DNA of 64,000 nucleotides from Candidatus Micrarchaeota archaeon. Its GTDB lineage: Archaea > Micrarchaeota > Micrarchaeia > Anstonellales > Bilamarchaeaceae. This document shows positions 54,142-62,614 of the stretch, in pieces; the stretch's first letter is position 1; each line of letters starts with the position of its first letter. Location of the stretch: positions 2,099 through 66,098 of the forward strand of contig JAGMCT010000001.1 in the NCBI GenBank assembly GCA_023129075.1. The letters run 5' to 3'. The notes beneath the pieces are model-generated. The model was not told the origin of the DNA and did not search any database. It saw only the letters and a list, made by a program, of their open reading frames with translations. Both the position numbers and the translations under genes were made by a program.

Positions 54142-56952
54142 ATGTATGATCACAAACAGACCGAAGAAAAAATCCTCAAGTTCTGGAAAGAGAATACAAT
54201 ATACAAAAAACTAAAGAAAGCAAATATTAAAGGAGAGAATTTTTATTTCTGTGACGGCCCTCCTTACGCCACAGGCCAAATCCATCCCGGAACCGGCTGG
54301 AATAAATGTGCAAAGGATGCTCTCTGCCGGTATTGGAGGGGTATGGGCTACAATGTAAGGGCTCAGCCAGGATTTGATACCCACGGCCTTCCCATAGAAG
54401 TTAAGGTTGAGAAAGAGATAAGCGTAGAAAACAAGAAAGCAATAGAGGAATATGGAATAGAAAAATTCATAAAAAAATGCAAGGATTTCGCAACCAGATA
54501 CATTGATGTAATGTCAGACCAGTTCCAGCAACTTGGGGTATGGATGGACTGGAAAAAACCATACTTAACCTTTCGCAATTCATACATAGAAGCATCCTGG
54601 AAAACTATTTATATGGCCCACAAAAAAGAACTTCTCGCAGAAGGAGTCTATGTTCTTCCTTATTGCTACCGGTGCGAAACTACAATGGCAAATTATGAAC
54701 TTGAATACGGAAACAAATCAGACCCAAGCTTGTTCGTGAAGTTCAAACTAAAGGATAAGGAAAATGAGTATCTTATAATATGGACAACCACCCCCTGGAC
54801 CCTCGTGGCGAATATGGGGGTCATGGTTCACCCCAATTTCTATTATGTACGGGCAAAGGTAGATGATGAGGTATGGATTGTTGCGAAAGAACTCCTTGAT
54901 AAGGTCCTTGAAAAAACAGGAAAAAGTGGTGCTGTTCTTGAGGAATTTATAGGAAAGAAATTAAGCGGTCTTTTTTACGAACATCCCTTTCAGGACCAGA
55001 TAAAAAAGAAATATGATCGAAAGGTTGTGCTCAGCGATGAATTCATTTCCCTTGAAGAAGGTACGGGACTTGTTCACTGCGCACCGGGCCATGGTCCTGA
55101 GGATTTTATAATAGGAAAGAGATTTGATATAGAAGCATTCTGCCCTGTTGACGGTACAGGTGATTATACAGAAGAAGCAGGAATCTTCAAAGGAGAGAAT
55201 GTTCTTTCTGCAAACCCGGATATAATCCAGTTATTAAAGGACAATGGCTCACTGCTTGTTAACGAAAGAATCAAGCACCGCTACCCCCACTGCTGGAGAT
55301 GCAAAACCCCGTTAATATTCCTCACCACAAAACAGTGGTTCATAACTGTTTCAAAACTCAAGGATAAAATGGAAGCAGAGATTTCTAAAACAGAATGGCA
55401 TCCAGAATTCGCAAGAAACAGATTTAAGGATTTTGTAAGGGACGCTCCTGACTGGTGCATCTCAAGACAAAGGTACTGGGGAATACCCCTCCCAATATGG
55501 AGATGCAAGAACTGCGAGGAGATAAAGGTTCTTGAGGATGCTTCAGAGCTTGGAGGGATAAAGGACCTTCACAGACCCTATATTGATAAGATTGAATTAC
55601 AGTGCCCCTCGTGTAAATCCGTAATGAAAAGGGTTCCGGATGTTCTTGATGTCTGGTTTGACTCCGGGAATGCTGTGTGGGCTCCTCTTTCAGAAGATGA
55701 ACTTAAACTCTACGACCAGGCGGATTTTATCATTGAAGGCCAGGACCAGATAAGAGGGTGGTTTTATTCCCTTTTAGGCTCAGGCCTTGTAAGAAATGAC
55801 AAAAGCCCGTACAAAAGAGTGCTCATGCATGGTTTCTTTGTTGATGAGAAAGGAGAAAAGATGAGCAAATCGGTCGGAAATTTTGTTCCTCTTGAGGAAA
55901 TAATTGAAAAATATGGTTCAGACAGTTTTAGGTTATGGGGTCTTTCCAGCACCCTCTGGGAGGAGCAGAAATTTAACTGGACTTCTTTAAAAGAGGCCCA
56001 CGGCACCCTTGACGTCCTTAATAACCTCACCACTTATCTTCTGAGATTTTATCCTAAAAAACAGCTGAAGGAACCTTCATTCTCAGCTGAAGATAAATGG
56101 CTCCTCTCCCGCCTAAACTCCACAATAGCAAACTATCACAAATATTTCTCTTCTTATGAAATGAACAAGGCAGTAAAAGAGGTTGTTTCCTTCCTTGTTG
56201 AAGACCTGAGTCAGTTCTACATGAAGATTGCAAAAGGAAGAATCTCTGCAAAGGACCAGACTCCCCTTTATGTAATCTACTATTCGGTTTTCAGCATCCT
56301 TAAGATGCTTTCTCCGATAACTCCTTTCCTTGCTGAAGAACTCTACCTTTCCTTTTTCCAAAAATACGAAAAAAAGGAATCAATCCATCTGATCTCTCTG
56401 CCTATTGCAGATGAGTCAAGCAGAGACCTTAACCTTGAAAAACAGATGCAGATAATCCGGGAGATTGCTCACAATGCCCTTACCTTAAGGCAGGAAGCTT
56501 CTGTAAAACTCAGGTGGCCTTTAAGAGAACTCGCCATTTTTTCTTCCTCCCACGAGGTTAAGGAAGCGGTTAACACCTTCTCAGGAGTGCTCAAAAGGGT
56601 GCTCAACATAAAACAGATTTCCTTTGAAGAGAAATCCACCTTCAAATCAATAGATTTTACACATGGAAAAATCTTTCTGGACACCGAGATTTATGAAGAC
56701 CTTTTTGAAGAGGCAATGTTTTTAGAAGTTAAAAGAAGAATACAGCTCCTCAGAAAGGAAGCAGGTCTGGTTGAAAAGGACAGCATAAAGGTTAAGATAG
56801 ATACAGAAGATGAACTTAAACGTATAATAGAAAAGAGTCTTGAACCCCTTTCCGCATCCGTAAACGCCTCAAAGATAGAATTCAAGGAAAACAAAGGAAA
56901 ATCCTGGGTTGTTGATGGAAGAAAGATTGTTATAAAGATAAAGAAGGTTTAG
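54142..56952 (+). CDS. ileS: Isoleucine--tRNA ligase
   Basis: GPPYATGQIHPGTGWNK (HIGH region), KMSKS, editing-domain TTPWTL motif, Zn cysteines CWRC...CKNC. Confidence 0.92.
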   Translation: MYDHKQTEEKILKFWKENTIYKKLKKANIKGENFYFCDGPPYATGQIHPGTGWNKCAKDALCRYWRGMGYNVRAQPGFDTHGLPIEVKVEKEISVENKKAIEEYGIEKFIKKCKDFATRYIDVMSDQFQQLGVWMDWKKPYLTFRNSYIEASWKTIYMAHKKELLAEGVYVLPYCYRCETTMANYELEYGNKSDPSLFVKFKLKDKENEYLIIWTTTPWTLVANMGVMVHPNFYYVRAKVDDEVWIVAKELLDKVLEKTGKSGAVLEEFIGKKLSGLFYEHPFQDQIKKKYDRKVVLSDEFISLEEGTGLVHCAPGHGPEDFIIGKRFDIEAFCPVDGTGDYTEEAGIFKGENVLSANPDIIQLLKDNGSLLVNERIKHRYPHCWRCKTPLIFLTTKQWFITVSKLKDKMEAEISKTEWHPEFARNRFKDFVRDAPDWCISRQRYWGIPLPIWRCKNCEEIKVLEDASELGGIKDLHRPYIDKIELQCPSCKSVMKRVPDVLDVWFDSGNAVWAPLSEDELKLYDQADFIIEGQDQIRGWFYSLLGSGLVRNDKSPYKRVLMHGFFVDEKGEKMSKSVGNFVPLEEIIEKYGSDSFRLWGLSSTLWEEQKFNWTSLKEAHGTLDVLNNLTTYLLRFYPKKQLKEPSFSAEDKWLLSRLNSTIANYHKYFSSYEMNKAVKEVVSFLVEDLSQFYMKIAKGRISAKDQTPLYVIYYSVFSILKMLSPITPFLAEELYLSFFQKYEKKESIHLISLPIADESSRDLNLEKQMQIIREIAHNALTLRQEASVKLRWPLRELAIFSSSHEVKEAVNTFSGVLKRVLNIKQISFEEKSTFKSIDFTHGKIFLDTEIYEDLFEEAMFLEVKRRIQLLRKEAGLVEKDSIKVKIDTEDELKRIIEKSLEPLSASVNASKIEFKENKGKSWVVDGRKIVIKIKKV

Positions 56953-57044
56953 TTTTTTCTTGTTTAGAACGAGAAAATAAGAAGAGTTTATGTTAAAACA
57001 TGTTCTTTTAAATCTTTCTACTTATAATTATAGTTAGTGATAAT

Positions 57045-57701
57045 ATGCAGAAACAAAACCCAAAACAAAGAATAGAAAGAATAAGAGGAGAAAAACTTTT
57101 GGTTTTTGAAAGAAGAGAATATGAAAATTCCCTCTCCTTTATAAAAGCATTTGAGAGAGCGAATAAAGAAAAAAGAGTCATTGTTTCAAACAAAAGAATG
57201 GATAAAGCATTACACTCAGGTGAATGGGAACAAGTCAAAGAAGGATTATGGTGCTATACAGGGACATTGGCTGCTTATCCTGAACCAAATAAGAAATTAG
57301 GTTCTGCAATAGAATATATAGACCCAAAAACAAACCAAAGATGGGTTTTTCCTGTTCCTAAAGAACACCAAGATAAAGAGAATGCAATTCTTGTTGCAGA
57401 ACACCCAAATTATAGTTTAGAAATAAATGGAAAAAACATAGTGATTCATGCAGAAAATCCAGGTATAGTTAGAGCATTCCCTTCGCAAGATGGCTGGCAT
57501 TTAGTAGATTCAAAATATGGTATTCCTTATGGAAAGGAAGTAAGCAAAGACAACAAGGATGCTAGGTACCTGTGGAGAACTGGTAAAATGATATGCCCTG
57601 TTGCCCGTTATCACGTCGAGTTCGGTTACTATGGTGGACATGTTGTAGGCATTGACTTCAGTTCTTCTGGTAGTTATGGAATGATTGTAGAAGCCCCATA
57701 G
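57045..57701 (+). CDS. Hypothetical protein
   Basis: 218-aa ORF with no recognisable motif. Confidence 0.55.
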   Translation: MQKQNPKQRIERIRGEKLLVFERREYENSLSFIKAFERANKEKRVIVSNKRMDKALHSGEWEQVKEGLWCYTGTLAAYPEPNKKLGSAIEYIDPKTNQRWVFPVPKEHQDKENAILVAEHPNYSLEINGKNIVIHAENPGIVRAFPSQDGWHLVDSKYGIPYGKEVSKDNKDARYLWRTGKMICPVARYHVEFGYYGGHVVGIDFSSSGSYGMIVEAP

Positions 57702-57838
57702 AGAGTGGCGCGCCGAAAAAATTACAGACCAAAGAAGAACCGAAATTAACTATTACAGAAAAACCTGGAAAATTGATTATTGAAGGAACCCCGGAAGAGA
57801 TTGCAGAAATCAAAAAATTAATTAAAAAATAAAGAAAA

Positions 57839-58027
57839 TCATTCTTTCTTGAATTTGCCCCTTCTTTTCATGTTTCCCCAGCAGTCCTTGCAAATCACCA
57901 GTCTTTTCAGTTTTCCAACTATTTTTGCACTTTTTTTACACATGTTGCAGATTAATCTGTCACAATAATCGCATTTCTCCAGTTTTGCTGTCTGTTCTCC
58001 GCATCGTTGACATATTCCTATAGCCAT
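57839..58027 (-). CDS. Small zinc-ribbon protein (four CxxC pairs) with basic tail
   Basis: CQRC, CDYC, CNMC, CKDC. Confidence 0.6.
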   Translation of the reverse strand: MAIGICQRCGEQTAKLEKCDYCDRLICNMCKKSAKIVGKLKRLVICKDCWGNMKRRGKFKKE

Positions 58028-58042
58028 TCTATCTACCTGTAA

Positions 58043-58120
58043 GTTTTACTCTTTGACTGCAACCGTTTAAAAATTTAGCGCTGAATTCTCATCATTCCTA
58101 AATTTGGTGTTATTACATCA
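58043..58120 (+). repeat. Decayed duplicate of the purN promoter + first ~9 codons (ATG mutated to ATT)
   Basis: 66/78 identical to 58756-58833 by position-by-position hand alignment. Confidence 0.85.
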
Positions 58121-58672
58121 TTAACTTGACTTTACGTACATCAAGCCTGCAACCAAAATCAATAATACAAAAGCTGAACCGCAGCCGCTATCGTACTCAT
58201 AATCATCATATTCGTTATCATCATAAGTGGAACCGCCGTTGTCGGTTTCCTCGCATAAGTACAAATCATCTTCAGTATAATGCGACCAGACAGGATAATC
58301 CATTTCACATTCCCTGAACGCAGTTGCGCAGTAGTCAACACAGAGTATCCATGAGGCATGACCTTCATTTGATTCTTTGTCCGGATTTATGCAGTCACAA
58401 ACATCCTTGCAGCCATAATAATGGTCATAGCATGATTGGGGTGCTCCAAGACACTCATAATATGTATCATAACAGCCGCCCATAAGAAGGCATTCTAGAT
58501 ATGGCATTTCATTAGCGTAGTAATCAGTCATATGCCCGTCATCACCATGCAGATTTAAACATACTTCTTCACACTGCATCCTTTGTTCACCGCACTGCTC
58601 ATACACTTCCTTTGATGCTGCAGAAAACAAAACAGAAAACAAAAACAACGAAATAATGATAAATTTTTTCAT
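58121..58672 (-). CDS. Cysteine-rich, acidic secreted protein with C-terminal TM anchor
   Basis: Signal peptide MKKFIIISLFLFSVLFSAAS; ~20 Cys; D/E/Y-rich stalk; C-terminal SAFVLLILVAGLMYV. Confidence 0.7.
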   Translation of the reverse strand: MKKFIIISLFLFSVLFSAASKEVYEQCGEQRMQCEEVCLNLHGDDGHMTDYYANEMPYLECLLMGGCYDTYYECLGAPQSCYDHYYGCKDVCDCINPDKESNEGHASWILCVDYCATAFRECEMDYPVWSHYTEDDLYLCEETDNGGSTYDDNEYDDYEYDSGCGSAFVLLILVAGLMYVKSS

Positions 58673-58755
58673 AATTAACAAATGCATCAAAAGGTTTATA
58701 AATAAAATTTTGTTTTTGTTGAATTCCCTGTCCTGAAAATACACATACACGTTGA

Positions 58756-58833
58756 GTTCTACTTTTTGAGTATAACCGTTTAAAAATTTAGCGTTGAATT
58801 CTTATCATGCTTAAACTTGGCGTTATTGCATCA
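58756..58833 (+). repeat. Functional copy of the duplicated purN 5' region
   Basis: Partner of 58043-58120; contains the purN ATG at 58807. Confidence 0.85.
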
Positions 58834-59418
58834 GGACACGGTTCAAACTTTCAGGCTATCATAAATGCAATAGAAAATAAGGAGCTGGATGCAAAGATAG
58901 AAGTATTGATAACAGATAATCCAGATGCTTATTCTATACAAAGGGCAAAAAAACACTCAATTCCAATTGAACTTATTGAAAGAAAGAATTTTCCCACAAG
59001 AATAGCCTTTGATGAAAAAATAATCTCAACACTCAAATCCTACTCAATTGACCTTGTTGTATTGGCAGGTTATATGCGCCTTCTAAAATCCCAAAAATGG
59101 TTCTCAGAATTCCCTATCCGTATAATAAATATCCACCCTGCTCTGCTCCCTTCTTTTCCAGGCACCCATGCACAAAAAGATGCTTTTGAATACGGGGTAA
59201 AAATCTCAGGATGCACGGTCCATTTTGTTGATGAAGGATTGGATACTGGTCCTATAATAGCACAGCGTTCAGTAGACATCTCTGATTGTGTTTCAGAAGA
59301 AGAAGTAAAGAAAAAAATTCTGGTACAGGAGCACCACCTCTACAAATCAGTAATAAAAATGTTCACCAAAGGAAGTTTCAGGATGGAAGGAAGGAGGGTG
59401 GTTTACACCCAGGATTAA
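58807..59418 (+). CDS. purN: Phosphoribosylglycinamide formyltransferase
   Basis: LGVIASGHGSNFQAI, IINIHPALLPSFPG, D at VDEGLDTGPII. Confidence 0.92.
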   Translation: MLKLGVIASGHGSNFQAIINAIENKELDAKIEVLITDNPDAYSIQRAKKHSIPIELIERKNFPTRIAFDEKIISTLKSYSIDLVVLAGYMRLLKSQKWFSEFPIRIINIHPALLPSFPGTHAQKDAFEYGVKISGCTVHFVDEGLDTGPIIAQRSVDISDCVSEEEVKKKILVQEHHLYKSVIKMFTKGSFRMEGRRVVYTQD

Positions 59419-59921
59419 CGTCTTCTTCCTCTTAAAGGCCTCCGGCTTGAATCGATTCTCTTTCCGTCTTCCAATCCCCTCTCTGTTGTATAAAATTCTA
59501 TCCTCCTGTTTTTTTCTACTTCTGAATCCATGTGATCTGCAACCATTTTTTCCACCAACCCAAAAATAGTTCTTATTATTTTCTTGGGCTCTTCTCCGTT
59601 TTTCACATGCATTTTTATCTCATCACTTCTTCTTCCCATTGCATCAGGTATCAATTCTTTATAATCTAAAAGAACATCCAGCTTTTCTTCATCAAGTTTT
59701 TGCAAACCTTTCTGCAATTCAGCAACAGTCAGACAGTGTTTTTCCTTATTTTTAACTATTTTACTAAGTTTTCTTCCAAACAAACCGAGCAGTTCGAATT
59801 CTTTTTCTCCTCTTTTTCTAATTAGATTTTCAGCAAGAACATTGCCAGCTGGTTTGCCTGGTTTCTCTAATTGTGTTTCCCCTTTATTTTTCTTTTTAAC
59901 TATCTGGTTCATTATTTTCAC
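59415..59921 (-). CDS. Hypothetical basic protein
   Basis: 168-aa ORF; convergent 4-bp overlap with purN. Confidence 0.5.
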   Translation of the reverse strand: MKIMNQIVKKKNKGETQLEKPGKPAGNVLAENLIRKRGEKEFELLGLFGRKLSKIVKNKEKHCLTVAELQKGLQKLDEEKLDVLLDYKELIPDAMGRRSDEIKMHVKNGEEPKKIIRTIFGLVEKMVADHMDSEVEKNRRIEFYTTERGLEDGKRIDSSRRPLRGRRR

Positions 59922-60055
59922 CTTTTAGCACTTTATAACAGTAATGTTTTTAACACTTCCCACCATTTTTCTCAATTACTTCTCAACTTCTTGTAACAAT
60001 TTTTAAACCATCCTGCAGATAGATTTAAAAAAATTGAACATTATTTTAATCTTGG

Positions 60056-60778
60056 ATGACTGAACAAGTATTTTTAATTTTATCAATTGTGGCTGTTCTT
60101 GCCTGTGTAGTAAATGGATTCGGAATCCTTGCTATAATAAAAGCCAGGGACTGGGCGAAAAAGGCAATGAATTATTTTATGCTTTTCGCTGCTGGAATTC
60201 TTATATCAATGCCGTTAATGTATGCAATCCCAATGGCTATTCAAAAAAATCCCCTTGCAGCAATAGCCGTATTTTTGGGATTTTTATTTCTTTATCTCTC
60301 CAATGAATTGATTGGTTACCATACAAGTAAAAATCTTAAATTCGGGATTATAGCTGTGATTGGAATAGGGGTTCATTCTTTTATTGATGGTATAATATAT
60401 TCTATTACATTTAGCAGTTCAATTTTCATAGGTCTGCTGGTTGCTTTTGGTATGGTGCTTCATGAATTTGCTGAAGGAATTATAACCTACACGGTTTTGA
60501 TGAAATCAAAGGTAAAAAAGAGCAAATGCGCTTTTTATGCATTTATTGTGGCTGCTTTAACAACACCAATAGGAGCCTTTGTTTCTTATCCATTTGTTTC
60601 AACTCTTCCACAGGACGTTATGGGGCTTTTATTGGGTTTCTCTGCAGGAGTTATACTCTACGTTGGCGCCAGCCATCTGTTGCCTGAAGCAAGAGCAAGT
60701 GGTGCAAGATATGGCTATCTTGCTTTTCTTGCAGGTGTAGCCCTTTCAGTAGGAATGATTCTAACAAAGATTCTTTGA
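60056..60778 (+). CDS. ZIP family metal transporter
   Basis: Polytopic; HSFIDG and HEFAEG metal-binding motifs. Confidence 0.85.
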   Translation: MTEQVFLILSIVAVLACVVNGFGILAIIKARDWAKKAMNYFMLFAAGILISMPLMYAIPMAIQKNPLAAIAVFLGFLFLYLSNELIGYHTSKNLKFGIIAVIGIGVHSFIDGIIYSITFSSSIFIGLLVAFGMVLHEFAEGIITYTVLMKSKVKKSKCAFYAFIVAALTTPIGAFVSYPFVSTLPQDVMGLLLGFSAGVILYVGASHLLPEARASGARYGYLAFLAGVALSVGMILTKIL

Positions 60779-60882
60779 GATTCCATATATCAAACAGAAT
60801 CCTTGTTGTATAACCCTTTTCCTCGTATTTACAATTCAGAATATTTTTAAATGTTCTCTGAAAAGATTATTCGGTGGAATCC

Positions 60883-62121
60883 ATGAGATATTACTTTCCT
60901 TTGTTTGCGCTGTTTATAGCAATTTTGCTTGTAGGATGCATAGGTCCCGCGCCCGACGGAGAAACGCCAGAGCTTGAGCAGAACGAGACACCTGCTGATG
61001 TTGAAGAACCCGGAGATGCAGAAGTGCAGGAGGAGGAGCCTGCATATGAGTTCCAGCCCTTTGCTTTAACATATGTGCTTGATGTTGGGGAGTGGGTTAG
61101 CGGAGAAGATAAAATAAATATTGTTTATTGGTTTGAGGAAGAAACAGAATGCAGTGGAAGAACCGCAATCCGCGGAATCGGCAAGATGTTTGTTCAGGGG
61201 CAGGATTACGAAGGATACGAAAAATGGTTCAAATTTACATTCTATGAGGATAACTGGGAGTTCGCCATGTCCCAGATGCTTGATAAGAGCGAGCTTTTAT
61301 TTGACACGGCAATCAGCAGTACTAATGAGATGAACGTAGTGCTTGTTTTCAGCGATGTTAGCGGACAGAGCGACTTTAATCTTGTGGAGAATGATATGTG
61401 GATTTCAGATGAGCCAACACTCATAAAAAATATAGTGTCAAGCGATGGAATAATGAACTATTCCATAGTTATGACAGGAGAGGATACTGAGGCCGTTTAT
61501 CCCTGCACCATATTTGACATGGCAGCCCGCTCTGAAACAGATGAAAGGTTCTTTGCTGAATTATGCATGGCAAAACCCAATGAAACAAACAAGGTGCCTT
61601 TTGCTGTGTGGTTTTCTTATGAAGAGAATGAACAGGAAATAGGATGGGAACTAACGGAATTCTCCTATGAAAAATCAGGTGTTTCCCGGCTTTTGCAGTG
61701 CCTTGAACCTGTTTACTGCGATTATGTGCCGAGATTTACATGGGAAGAGGAGCAGGAGTGTTATTCCCAGGGAAAGGTTGTTGATGAAGTAAGGGATGAG
61801 AGAGGATGCCTTATAGAAGTTGTGTGCAGGGAAAAACAAATGGGACCGTTTGAGGTCGAGGTTATCAGCCCGGACGGCGAGCCAATAATCGGTCTTGAGG
61901 TTGACCTCTGGATTGATGACACTACTCAAGGACCCCCAAATGTTGGAATTGGAACTACAGATACAGATGGCATCGTAGTATTTGAGGTTGAAGAAGGATG
62001 TTATAATATTGGATTTAATGTTCTGAATTTCCCGGAAGAGTATGAATATCCCCCCCTTCAAATGGAATGCACCTCGGATAGTGGTTTTGACCACTTTACG
62101 ATAACCCTTGAAGAAAAATAA
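60883..62121 (+). CDS. Acidic secreted lipoprotein-like protein
   Basis: MRYYFPLFALFIAILLVGC lipobox-like signal, then a P/E/D-rich linker and several Cys pairs. Confidence 0.7.
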   Translation: MRYYFPLFALFIAILLVGCIGPAPDGETPELEQNETPADVEEPGDAEVQEEEPAYEFQPFALTYVLDVGEWVSGEDKINIVYWFEEETECSGRTAIRGIGKMFVQGQDYEGYEKWFKFTFYEDNWEFAMSQMLDKSELLFDTAISSTNEMNVVLVFSDVSGQSDFNLVENDMWISDEPTLIKNIVSSDGIMNYSIVMTGEDTEAVYPCTIFDMAARSETDERFFAELCMAKPNETNKVPFAVWFSYEENEQEIGWELTEFSYEKSGVSRLLQCLEPVYCDYVPRFTWEEEQECYSQGKVVDEVRDERGCLIEVVCREKQMGPFEVEVISPDGEPIIGLEVDLWIDDTTQGPPNVGIGTTDTDGIVVFEVEEGCYNIGFNVLNFPEEYEYPPLQMECTSDSGFDHFTITLEEK

Positions 62122-62143
62122 TTCTTTATTTTTTTCTTATTTT

Positions 62144-62530
62144 TTATATATCAAATAAAACCCGCACTAGATATCCTTTCTTTTCTTTCTTAAACTCAAA
62201 TAAATGATATGTAACCGCCTTTATGATATTCTCTGGAGGTTTTTTCTCAGCTTTTAGATAAGCAGTAATCTTCTCCTCCCCCAACTCAACCCTTATAACT
62301 TCAGTAGGAGTAATCCCCTGAATCTCAACCTCTGCAACCAAGTTCTCAAGCAAAGAGATTATCTGCTCCCCCTTTTTCTCTCCCTTTCCGCTTATTCTGA
62401 ATTCGGTTCCCCCCTTTCCTTTCCCCATCAGCCCTATAGTTCCTTTTAGCAGCTCGGTTATTGTTTCCTCCAGATTCTTCCCCTTTGCTTCAAGGTAGAT
62501 ATCAGAGACGTGTTCAAGGAATTTGTACAT
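62144..62530 (-). CDS. Archease
   Basis: MYKFLEHVSDIYLEAKGKNLEE..., C-terminal KAVTYHLFEF. Confidence 0.85.
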   Translation of the reverse strand: MYKFLEHVSDIYLEAKGKNLEETITELLKGTIGLMGKGKGGTEFRISGKGEKKGEQIISLLENLVAEVEIQGITPTEVIRVELGEEKITAYLKAEKKPPENIIKAVTYHLFEFKKEKKGYLVRVLFDI

Positions 62531-62614
62531 AATAATATTTCATTACCAGATAATTATTAAAGAGTTGCACCCCAACCCCAAAGGGATTTAAATGAGTAAA
62601 GCGGATTATAACTC

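Noticed and set aside
57707-57714. GGCGCGCC 8-mer as an engineered or restriction-site signal
   Set aside because: It is a single occurrence with no vector-like context. It is noted only as the local GC-rich patch next to a possible frameshift.
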